A stretch of 63,335 nucleotides of DNA, the filler included, from Octopus bimaculoides (Eukaryota): assembly GCF_001194135.2 (NCBI RefSeq). It is 7 parts of 6 records of this genome, joined end to end, with 100 filler letters (N's around TTAATTAATTAA, not from the genome) between each part and the next. Parts side by side here need not be neighbours in the genome. Positions count along the whole stretch, not along the records: positions 50,755 to 55,723 come from NC_068981.1; positions 55,824 to 58,765 come from NC_069004.1; positions 58,866 to 61,787 come from NC_068984.1; positions 61,888 to 63,335 come from NC_068987.1; 3 more parts are not named here. The stretch is one strand, 5' to 3'. The notes beneath the pieces were generated by a model. The model made no database searches, was not told the origin of the DNA, and was given only the letters and a program-made list of their open reading frames with translations. How positions within the stretch are numbered: position 1 is the stretch's first letter; each line of letters begins with the position of its first letter. A program made the position numbers and the translations under genes. Of this stretch, positions 53,331-63,335 are shown piece after piece.

Positions 53331-54084
53331 CACGATGTATGTATATATGTGTGTGTGTACGTGTATGTGTGTGATTGTGTGTTGTGTGTATGTTGTGTGT
53401 GTGTGTGTGTTGTGTGCGTGTCTATTGAGGTACACTTATAGGATTTTCTGTAGTTTCAACTCAGAGCTGCGGCCATGCTGGGGCACCACCGTTTTATCCT
53501 TAGACTCGAAAGAGCGAATCGTGTCGTTCGCGAGAAGAGGCTCAACAGATCGCTGTGTAGTAGCTGCTTTACTAAGCACGTCACTCCGAACGGCAAGTCC
53601 AGTCGTATGCCTGCGATCTCTTCGAACAAGTCGGGCGGGACGTCGACGCCGGCGAGGCCACGACCGTCCCAAAGTGGCAATCCCACCGGCGACGCTTCCT
53701 CTCGTCGCGTGAACGCGACAGAATAATATTAGAACCACATGACGGTGAACGAAATGCTTCATATTCATTTTACGAATTTGTTATTTTGGTCCTTTTTACG
53801 TGTCATATTGGCTCCAATTTCCTCCATCTGTGCACTCACACAGGTTGTGGCTACTTCAATCAAACTTGGTTTATGCTTATATTATCCATGAACGCATTGA
53901 TCTCTACGTTAGAGTACAATCATCGTATAATATAGAATCCCACATTCGTGGTTGCAGCCTCTCAGTGTCTAACCACTTTGTACAATGACAAAATTCTCTA
54001 CATGATGACGGAAAAACTGTTGAATCATGAATAATGTTCAGCTGCCAGAGAGAGGTTAAGCGTTCAAGGATAAAATCTGTAGAA

Positions 54085-54260
54085 AGAGAAGGTTCTAATG
54101 ATCAAATAGTACTTAAATTATCGATCTTGAAAGGGTGAAAAACAATGTCGACCTTGAACCCTCAATAAGAGAGAAGGAATTGGAACTCAGAATGCAAAGA
54201 CTGACAATATCCGAAGCGTTTTGCCCGGCGGGCTAAGGATCCTGCCAGCTCATCGCCTGT
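54085..54260 (-). mobile_element. Old SINE family A copy with internal insertion
   Basis: Reverse complement shows GGCGATGAGCTGGCAGGATCCTTAGCCCGCCGGGCAAAACGCTT...GAGTTCCAATTCC and the GATCGATAATTTAAGTACTA core. Confidence 0.55.
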
Positions 54261-54716
54261 TCATATTGATGAAGAAATTTCAGAAAAATAACTAACTTCA
54301 TATTTGTATATCAATTTGTGTCCAATAATGTTTACATATTTTCAAATTAAACAGTGTGTGAGAAATTCAAAAGTAATATCATGAGAAAATCTAATGTAGG
54401 TCACATTTATTGAGAAAGCTTACAACAGCAGTTGATATCCATGTATGAGTATGACAATATGTGTGAAAATGAAAGCGGAGTATAATAAAGAAAGTAGGAG
54501 TGGCTGTAGACACGTGTTTGATTTTCGAAGTCAACAAGGTCAGTTGTTTACTTGCTTTTTCACTTCATTATTTATGAGAGCGTGTAGAGTGAAAACTGAT
54601 ACATTTTGGTGCTCAAGTACTATCTTTGTTTATAGGTAAAATACAAAATTTTCAATTGTTCTAAGATTTAAATGTGGAACTATTGTTCTGTAACTACGTT
54701 GTTCTTTATAATTTTC

Positions 54717-55292
<576 letters not shown>

Positions 55293-55354
55293 ACACATAT
55301 ACACATATACACACACACATACATATATATATATGTGTGTGAGTGTGTGTGTGC

Positions 55355-55720
55355 AGATAGATGGATAGATACATTTCTTTTATTAGCCACAAAGGGCTCC
55401 ACAAAGATGGGACAAATACAATGTAGAGCTTTTCTTTTGGGGAGGGGGAAGGAAAAAAATAGGTGTGTGTCGATCAAAAGGGATCGTAGGAAGGGAAAAA
55501 GGAGGGAGTTCGATCAAAAGGGATCGAGAAAAAAAACGATCAATAGGGATCGTGTATCACAGTCATGTTCTTGTGTAAAAAGAGGGGAGGACAGTTTAGG
55601 TTTAGCCGTGGAAAGAAAAGCCTACAGAAAAGACCACGGTAACCTTGGTCAATATTGTCATTGAAGAAACTATAACAGTAAGTGACTCTCTTTTGCCTTT
55701 TTGTTTTTCTTTTTCTAGTT
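55355..55720 (-). repeat. Probable 3' UTR of a retroelement with triple CGATC hairpin motif
   Basis: The minus strand ends GTGGCTAATAAAAGAAATGTATCTATC (AATAAA then simple repeat). CGATCAA(A/T)AGGGATCG occurs three times. Confidence 0.4.
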
Positions 55721-55823
55721 CATNNNNNNNNNNNNNNNNNNNNNNNNNNNNNNNNNNNNNNNNNNNNTTAATTAATTAANNNNNNNNNNNNNNNNNNNNN
55801 NNNNNNNNNNNNNNNNNNNNNNN

Positions 55824-56048
55824 GGGGGACAAACACAGACACACAAACACACATACATATATATATATATATATACATATATACGACAGGCTTCTTTCAG
55901 TTTCCGTCTAGCAAATCCACTCACAAGGCTTTGATCGACCCAAGGCTATAGTAGAAGACACTTGCCCAAGGTGCCACGCAGTGGGACTGAACCCAGAACT
56001 ATGTGGTTGGTAAGCAAGCTACTTACCACACAGCCACTCCTGTACCTA
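55824..56048 (-). mobile_element. SINE family B, 5' half
   Basis: Head motifs intact (GGAGTGGCTGTGTGGTAAG...GGGTTCAGTCCCACTGCGTGGCACCTTGGGCAAGTG). Confidence 0.85.
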
Positions 56049-56175
56049 TCTACCTAAAAATCGAAGGAAATAAATACTATTCCCTTCAAACTTTGCTTTT
56101 GTGACCTGCACATCAGTGTTTGAAACTGACCTATTTTCCATTACATTTCGGACAGATTCAGCACTGAGTTACTGA

Positions 56176-56310
56176 AGCAGAAATATCATTACAACTCAAT
56201 ACCACAGATTTGCTTGTCAGTTTCTTGAGCATGTCCCTTAGTGGCTGTCAATATGTGCATCTCTGATCATGTGCAGGAGTAGTAGGGGAGCATCGTAGCC
56301 ATGTGTTGAT
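56176..56310. repeat. Internal fragment of family C
   Basis: AGCAGAAATATC...CTCAATACCACAGATTTGCTTGTCAG...GAGCATGTCCCTTAGTGGCTG...CATCTCTGATCA...GGGGAGCATC.TAGCCATGTGTTGA matches 11331-11432. Confidence 0.75.
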
Positions 56311-57053
56311 CTACGCAAACATTATAAACAATACAGATCACTACGACCATCAACAGGTCAATGTCAGGACACCCAACTAATTAACACTCTGCTACTATCA
56401 TAGCAATCCTTCTTCGAACCCACAAGAGTTAACAAGTGAAACAGAGACAGGCAGAAACAAGAAAAATGCCCCTGTTATTTGAATACTATACAAATATGTC
56501 TTTAAAAAGACTTTTCTTTTAAATTTACCAAAATTTAATTTTTCAATAATTTTTCAAAAATTTATTATTCATATTTACTGTTGAAAAGATCTCAAGGATC
56601 GAAACCGGTTCTGTAANNNNNNNNNNNNNNNNNNNNNNNNNNNNNNNNNNNNNNNNNNNNNNNNNNNNNNNNNNNNNNNNNNNNNNNNNNNNNNNNNNNN
56701 NNNNNNNNNNNNNNNNNNNNNNNNNNNNNNNNNNNNNNNNNNNNNNNNNNNNNNNNNNNNNNNNNNNNNNNNNNNNNNNNNNNNNNNNNNNNNNNNNNNN
56801 NNNNNNNNNNNNNNNNNNNNNNNNNNNNNNNNNNNNNNNNNNNNNNNNNNNNNNNNNNNNNNNNNNNNNNNNNNNNNNNNNNNNNNNNNNNNNNNNNNNN
56901 NNNNNNNNNNNNNNNTTATAACATTTTTCTAACATTTTTCTGACATAATTTAAATATATACTTTAACCATGTAACACAAGCCTTCTGTAGTTTTTTCACT
57001 CTTATTATCTTTTATACATCCAACCACGTGCTTTCACATACCAACTTTCTCAC

Positions 57054-57091
<38 letters not shown>

Positions 57092-57124
57092 CTATAAATA
57101 TATAATATAGGACAATCAGTTAGT

Positions 57125-57190
57125 TGTCATAATAATTCTCAGAGTTTAAAATGCCAGGCCTTAAAGACATTCTCATCAGTTATTAAGACA
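57125..57190 (-). ncRNA. Decayed type I hammerhead-ribozyme fold
   Basis: TGTC-T-TAATAA-CTGATGA-GAATGTC-(10 nt)-GGCATTT-TAAA-CTCTGAGA-A-TTATTA-T-GACA. Stem I is 10 bp and stem II is 7 bp. C11.1, G12 and U16.1 are substituted. Confidence 0.5.
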
Positions 57191-57347
57191 AAAACTCTAT
57201 GAAAAAAAACAAAAAAACGTTGAATAAGAGGAAGTTACTCTAATAGGTGTGGAAAAGTAAATAAAAGTAAAAGATATATTATAAAAATACAACCACATAA
57301 AGATAGAAATCTTCATTCATAAAATCTACATACATACACGTACACAC

Positions 57348-57400
<53 letters not shown>

Positions 57401-57495
57401 CATACACGTACACACATGTGTATATATATTTATATACATACTCACATATATATATATACAAATATATATACATGCACATATATACATGCATACAC

Positions 57496-57527
<32 letters not shown>

Positions 57528-57927
57528 ATATACATATAAATATATATATATATAACGTATGTGTGTATGTATATACATATATGGTATAGACAAGTGTTTC
57601 TCAACCATTTTTTACCTGTAGACCGCTTTGATTCCTATTTGACTCAAGTGGACCCTCCTAACCATTCAATATTAAAAGAAAATCCTATTATATTTTTATA
57701 ATTAAATATTATTAGGAAATTCTGTAAAAATAATTGCGAAAATACTTTGTATATTGTAGAAGAATAACCAATTTATTGCAGATAATTTTTGTCAACAAAA
57801 TCTTATGTGAATCCCCAAGGGCCACATGGACCTTGGTTCAGAACTTTTGATATAGAAATTCTAACCTAGCTTTAGCATAAATAAAATGCTACTACCATTT
57901 CAATATTTCTTTCTTTGCTACTTTTAG

Positions 57928-58091
57928 TTATTACAGCGGAATCATTATTAAAATGGCCGGAGTAGGAGATGTGAGCACTGCTATCTGGAACTCTGTCATC
58001 ATCAATTGTATTAATCTGTTGTTTGCTATCATTGGAGTGTGGCTTGTTGATTTGGTTGGTCGACGGAAGTTAGCCATAACTGGACTAATCG
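57928..58091 (+). CDS. SLC2A13: Internal coding exon of an MFS sugar transporter, SLC2A13/HMIT-like (proton myo-inositol cotransporter)
   Basis: Pyrimidine tract plus TTTTAG acceptor ends at 57927; GTACGT donor starts at 58092. The 164-bp exon (phase 2 in, phase 1 out) reads YYSGIIIKMAGVGDVSTAIWNSVIINCINLLFAIIGVWLVDLVGRRKLAITGLIG. It has the YYS start of TM8 and the D-x-x-GRR loop motif of sugar porters, and resembles HMIT YYSATILQMSGV...GVWLVEKVGRRKL. The symbol is a best-family guess from one exon. Confidence 0.8.
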
Positions 58092-58121
58092 GTACGTGTC
58101 CTATTCATTTTATCTTCTATT

Positions 58122-58765
58122 TGTTTCAGTTGTTAGACTGTGGCCATGCTGGGGCCCTGTCATGAAGAATTTTTAAGTTGAATATATCGACCCAGTACTT
58201 ATTATTTTTTTTGTAAAGCCTGGCACTTATTCTATCGGACTCTTTTGCCGAACTGCTAAGTTACAGGGATGTAAACACACCACCACTGGTTGTCAAGCAG
58301 TGGGTGAGTGGACAAATGCACACACATAGATATGTATATATACATATATACAATAGGATTCTTTCACTTTCCATTTACCAAATCCACTCACAAAGCTTTG
58401 GACAGCCCGTAGCTAGTGTAGAAGACACTTGCTCAAGGTGCCACACAGTGGGAACCGTGGTTGGAAGCAAACTTCTTACCACACAGCCGCATCTGCACCT
58501 ATACTCTTTTACTTGTTTCAGTCATTTGACTGCGGCCATGCTGGAACACTGCCTTTTAGTCGAGCAAATCGACCCCAGGACTTATTCTTTGGAAGCCTAG
58601 TACTTATTCTATCGGTCTCTTTTGCCGAACCGCTAAGTTACGAGGACGTAAACACACCACCATCGGTTGTCAAGCAATGGTGGGGGTACAAACACAGACA
58701 CACAAACACATACATATATGTATATATACATACATACGACGGGCTTCTTTCAGTTTCCATCTACC
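58122..58765 (-). mobile_element. Two tandem SINE family B copies just downstream of the exon donor
   Basis: 58122-58500 is near full length; 58513-58765 runs into a gap. Confidence 0.85.
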
Positions 58766-59479
58766 NNNNNNNNNNNNNNNNNNNNNNNNNNNNNNNNNNN
58801 NNNNNNNNNTTAATTAATTAANNNNNNNNNNNNNNNNNNNNNNNNNNNNNNNNNNNNNNNNNNNNTATATATATGTATATGGACATGTATATGCATATAT
58901 ATATATACGTAGAAGCATAGACACACGCACACAAACACATACCCCCCCTATAATATACACATATGTATATGTATATGGAGGTCACAGGTGTGGAAGCTTC
59001 ACAGAAACGTCAAGTAAATTGCAATTCATATCACATTCATTGTAACAGGGCAGGAGAGCAGTTTTCGTTACTTAACGTCACTTAAACCTCAACTAATCAG
59101 TCTCTTTATTTCATATAAGCACAAAAGGAATGTGTGTGGTTGACTGATGCACACAATTGCATGGCTGTAATTGACAGATTATTTGCTTGCAGCACACAGT
59201 TAATAACATGTTTAAATCTGTGATAACTTGGTAAAGATGGTTCTCAAAGAACTGGAGCAAGATTTATCAAATTATTGCGTTTCTCTTCAGCAAACGGCAA
59301 TGAATATTTTGAAAAAAAGCAGAGGCAAGGCAGCCATGTCCAAACCCACTCTAATAAGCTTATGATTAGATGTAAGTTTTAGAAGAACATTTGCAAATAA
59401 AAGCAAAGCATTTTATGCTATTTACTCGCAGATAACTAAATTGTTGTAAGTTCTTGTTATACAAAAATACCTACTACTG

Positions 59480-59561
<82 letters not shown>

Positions 59562-60149
59562 NNNNNNNNNNNNNNNNNNNNNNNNNNNNNNNNNNNNNNN
59601 NNNNNNNNNNNNNNNNNNNNNNNNNNNNNNNNNNNNNNNNNNNNNNNNNNNNNNNNNNNNNNNNNNNNNNNNNNNNNNNNNNNNNNNNNNNNNNNNNNNN
59701 NNNNNNNNNNNNNNNNNNNNNNNNNNNNNNNNNNNNNNNNNNNNNNNNNNNNNNNNNNNNNNNNNNNNNNNNNNNNNNNNNNNNNNNNNNNNNNNNNNNN
59801 NNNNNNNNNNNNNNNNNNNNNNNNNNNNNNNNNNNNNNNNNNNNNNNNNNNNNNNNNNNNNNNNNNNNNNNNNNNNNNNNNNNNNNNNNNNNNNNNNNNN
59901 NNNNNNNNNNNNNNNNNNNNNNNNNNNNNNNNNNNNNNNNNNNNNNNNNNNNNNNNNNNNNNNNNNNNNNNNNNNNNNNNNNNNNNNNNNNNNNNNNNNN
60001 NNNNNNNNNNNNNNNNNNNNNNNNNNNNNNNNNNNNNNNNNNNNNNNNNNNNNNNNNNNNNNNNNNNNNNNNNNNNNNNNNNNATATATAGGAAATGGCC
60101 GTAATGTGCTGACACGTGTACATCCTTGTTGCCTATTTACACACACATA

Positions 60150-60367
60150 CGCACACACACACACCACACATATGTATTTGTGTGTCTGTACTTGTCCCCC
60201 CAACATCGTTTTACAACCGATGCTGGCGTATTTATATCCCCGTTATATAGCGGTTCGGCAAAGGAGACCAATATAATAATTACTAGGCTTGCAAAGAATA
60301 AGTCATGGGGCCAATTTGATCGACTTAGGCGATCCTCCAGCATGGCCTCAGTCAAATGACTGAAACA
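60150..60367 (+). mobile_element. SINE family B, 3' half
   Basis: TGTCCCCCAACATCG...AGCGGTTCGGCAAAGGAGACC...TCCAGCATGGCCTCAGTCAAATGACTGAAAC. Confidence 0.75.
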
Positions 60368-60438
60368 ACTTAAAGAAATGAATGAAATATAAGAAATACA
60401 CGTATGCAAACACATACACATACCTCTCTCTCTCCCTC

Positions 60439-60484
<46 letters not shown>

Positions 60485-60490
<6 letters not shown>

Positions 60491-60678
60491 CGCAATACTA
60501 CACAGTGGTTGTGTGAGCTACGATATCCTCATCACCACTGTTATATCACACGTGCGGATGACTTATATTCATCGCTCACATCCGACGACTCGGCTCTACC
60601 GAACTTGACGTCTCGTTCTCCCGCTCAACGCTTTTCGTCTAGCTATTTATACGTATTGGACTAGCCGTCCACACAACA
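60485..60678 (-). mobile_element. Possible short solo LTR
   Basis: 194 bp bounded by TGTT...AACA. The minus strand has TATAAATAG and a later AATATA. No target-site duplication is visible. Confidence 0.3.
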
Positions 60679-60687
60679 ATATATATA

Positions 60688-61310
60688 TAAGTTCTGTCAG
60701 AATATTGAATAAAGAAAACAAGTGATCAAATGTTATATTTAATTGAAACTTAAGCATCAACATACTTTCCTGATTATCTATGACTTCCTTCCATCTATTT
60801 ACAAGCTTTTTAATCCCATCAATGTAAATTTCTTTTGGATTTAAAGCGAAGAACTCTGAAATGTCAGTTTCGACCTCCTCCTGGCTTGCGAAAGTCATGT
60901 CCCCCAAATGATTCTGTAAACTACGAAACAAATGGTAGTCTGTAGGAGCAAGGTCGGGAGAATAAGATGGATAAGGAATTTTTTCCCAACCAAATTCTTC
61001 AATCTTCTGTGATGAGATCTTTGCAGTGTGGGGTCACGCATTTTCCTCATGAAACATCACTCCTTTTCGATTCACTAAAGTGGATCTTTCTTTCTCCAAA
61101 GCTTGGTTCAAACGCTCTAATTGCTGACAGTAGACTTCAGCATTGATTTTTGCATTAGGTGGTTACAATTAAAAGTGAATTACTCCTTTGCAATCCCACC
61201 AGATAGAGAGAAGAACCTTTTTTCCATGAAGTTCCCTTCTCGGTTGTGATTAAGCTTTTTCCCTTTTACCATTTAACATTTCGATAGAAGATCCATTTTT
61301 CGTCACCAAA
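60688..61310 (-). mobile_element. Mariner DD34D transposase 3' half
   Basis: VLLSIWWDCKGVIHF, INAEVYCQQL, YPSYSPDLAPTDYHLFRSLQNHL, GIKKLVNRWKEVIDN. Truncated at the PLE fragment. Confidence 0.85.
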
Positions 61311-61620
61311 ATGAGTAAACCTAATAAATCTGTGTCATATTTGAACGTCTCATCAAATCATCCTAGATCTACAATAGATAGTATTGTTACGGGCATTTCC
61401 ATTAGAATATCAAATCTTTCATCGAACGAAGAAGTTTTTAACCAACACGCGCCAGTTTATAATAACGCTCTGGAGGCAAGCAGCTTCAAAACTACAATTT
61501 CATATATACATAACACAAGATTTTAAAATAATTTGGCAGGTTTACCACCCGACCATATTGCCTCCGATCGGTGTGGAGGCAAAATTTTTTTAGTAGTTAC
61601 CGTAGTAAACAATCTTTTAG
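61311..61620 (+). mobile_element. Penelope-like element RT thumb/linker fragment
   Basis: KPNKSVSYLNVSSNHPRSTIDSIVTGISIRISNLSSNEEVFNQHAPVYNNALEASSF follows the PLE motif KP....Y....SNHP.......I..RI..LSS....F.....Y..AL..SG. Confidence 0.8.
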
Positions 61621-61989
61621 AAACGGGACTAGGAACAATGGAAATATAAATAAAAATAGGAATAAATACAAAAATATAAATAAAAATATGGACACTTTAA
61701 ATAAGCCTACGATACGGGAAAATTACTAATATGGGAATATTTAAAACAAAAGTTTCGCGACCCAGAATAAGAGAAGTAATCTGGTTCNNNNNNNNNNNNN
61801 NNNNNNNNNNNNNNNNNNNNNNNNNNNNNNNTTAATTAATTAANNNNNNNNNNNNNNNNNNNNNNNNNNNNNNNNNNNNNNNNNNNNGTGTGTGTGTATA
61901 CGTGTGTAAGTGTGTTCGTGTCGGAGGTTTGCATTGTATTGGTGTGTGTCTGATTGTGCGTATCTGTGTGTCTTTGTTTTGGGTGTGCA

Positions 61990-62310
61990 CCTGGGGAGGG
62001 GGCTTATGTTAGAGTATGTTGAACTGTGGTCTGTATTTTTGAATAAGATTATTTTCCCTATTTATTCGTGTTTGGTCAGTGGTGTTGTCTGAGCATTGGT
62101 ATAATGGGAAAACTAGGAATTTGGGGGACTTGTTTTGTGCACAGAGATCTAAGTGCCCACTGAGTGGTATCTGTCTTGTGGTGGGATCCCTCAACTGTTG
62201 GCGGTAGACTGTCATCCTTTCTCTGAGAGTAAGGCTCGTTTGCCCAATGTATTCTTTGTGGCACTACGCGAACACTATAGAACTATAGGGAGAAACCAAA
62301 TTGTTTACAT
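61990..62310 (-). mobile_element. Penelope-like element GIY-YIG endonuclease fragment
   Basis: NNLV...I...*CHKEYIGQTSLTLRERMTVYRQQ...PLSGHLDLC...RINRENNLIQKYRPQFN contains the YIG-T, R..H, H and E..I..P..N motifs of PLE GIY-YIG. Confidence 0.8.
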
Positions 62311-62332
62311 TTTATTTATATTATATCATCAT

Positions 62333-63000
62333 TATTGAGTGAGAGAGCAATGCCTGCACTCACAGTGACACTGGGGTACGAAGCGCAATATACCCATCAT
62401 GACCACCCGTCTGATAAGGGTACACCAGGTACATGCATCACAACGATATGTGCGAAATAAGGTGATCTCATATCGAGACAAAACAGCGCATGAACGCGCA
62501 GGTGAGGCCCAGTTAGAATTTTCTTTAGGCTAAATAGTCCATTCTGCTGAAAAGGTCCCTAAATAAAGACTATTAATGATGTTAAATGAAACACCCATGT
62601 TTCCAGGGGTAAATTATTTACATTCCGATGAAGAATTCCTCTCAACACATGGTTATGATGCTTCCCCAATATCTCTGCTAAGAAACAAAGGGACATGCGT
62701 AACTGATTACGGTCAAATAACTAACCAGCAAATTTGAGGTATTGTCCAGGAAAGATATTTAGTGTAGCCCATGTTTTATACCAAGACACAACATTTACAA
62801 GACAACACTTCCAATCAGTTAAGATGACAAGCTATGAGATCCAGTGGTTGGTACTGCATCAGGGCATCGCCAGTGCCTGTTACTATATCAGCGCATAGTC
62901 AGAGCTAATAACTGCAGCAGGGTATAGCTAGAGCCTGGCGCTGCATCAAGGCATAGCCAGTGCCCCATACTGCATCAGAGAATTGCCAGTGTCTGGTGCA
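62333..63000. mobile_element. Family C element, opposite orientation to 11224-11770, ending in a 29-bp tandem array
   Basis: Starts ATTATT-GAGTGAGAGAGCA. It ends in 5.5 x 29-bp units (consensus CCAGTGCCTGGTACTGCATCAGGGCATAG, 62841-63000) followed by (TTA/CTA)n. Confidence 0.75.
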
Positions 63001-63028
63001 TTATTATTATTAATATTATTATTATTAT

Positions 63029-63060
<32 letters not shown>

Positions 63061-63061
63061 G

Positions 63062-63105
<44 letters not shown>

Positions 63106-63335
63106 GTACTACTACTACTACTACTACTACTACTATAATAAAAATAATAGTAATAATATTAATAATAATAATAATAATAATAATTATTATTATTATTATT
63201 GTTCAGTAGTTTTATTGTTATAATGTGCTTTCACTTCACTACCGAGCGCAGCTCTGTGCGCCTTGGATATGTGCTGTGGTTTGCTGTGATGCTCTTATGT
63301 TTACTGTATTGAAAGTGTTTTGCGTAGAATGTGTG

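Noticed and set aside
58092-58165. ORF-track extension of the transporter frame (TCPIHFIFY...DCGHAGALS)
   Set aside because: Read-through past the GT donor into intron and a SINE-B tail.
59270-59295. TTG-CTGAAGA-GAAACG-CAA (minus strand) hammerhead-like words
   Set aside because: No stem II and no UH triplet; chance juxtaposition.
59291-59371. 81-bp phase-1/phase-1 open segment between TTCTCTTCAG and GTAAGT, a possible next exon
   Set aside because: The peptide (ANGNEYFEKKQRQGSHVQTHSNKLMIR) is hydrophilic and would interrupt a transmembrane helix. It has no transporter similarity. Only junction reads could rescue it.
62841-63000. 29-bp repeats as a CRISPR array
   Set aside because: Units are head-to-tail with no spacers and are diverged; the context is eukaryotic.

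Overview
AT-rich animal genomic DNA with dense microsatellites and many N gaps. It is most likely a cephalopod (Octopus-type) draft scaffold; this is inferred from repeat style and is not provable here. Almost all long ORFs in the track are microsatellite or N-gap artefacts. The only supportable host-gene sequence is one 164-bp internal exon (57928-58091, +) of an SLC2A13/HMIT-like sugar/inositol transporter, so most of the window is probably intronic or intergenic. The rest is a layer of decayed mobile elements. DNA elements: a hAT, a full-length mariner, mariner/maT fragments and MITEs, and a Helentron-type non-autonomous element. Retroelements: CR1-like, Tx1-like, RTE-like and R4/Dong-like LINEs, Penelope-like (PLE) RT and GIY-YIG pieces, and at least three tRNA-derived SINE families. 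The most striking unexplained signal is a set of hammerhead-ribozyme (HHR) folds read by eye from the sequence. One has a fully intact catalytic core and a 14-nt palindromic stem III (44608-44660, +). One is a minimal HHR in the tail of a tRNA-headed SINE-like element arranged as an inverted pair (54847-54892, -). Several decayed copies belong to other repeat families (15644, 19913, 36225, 57125). Together these suggest ribozyme-bearing, PLE-mobilised non-autonomous retroelements. A second theme is (TAA)n-targeted insertion: Dong-like LINE pieces plus an unclassified ~550-bp element bounded by AAT tracts. All calls are by-eye and unverified computationally.
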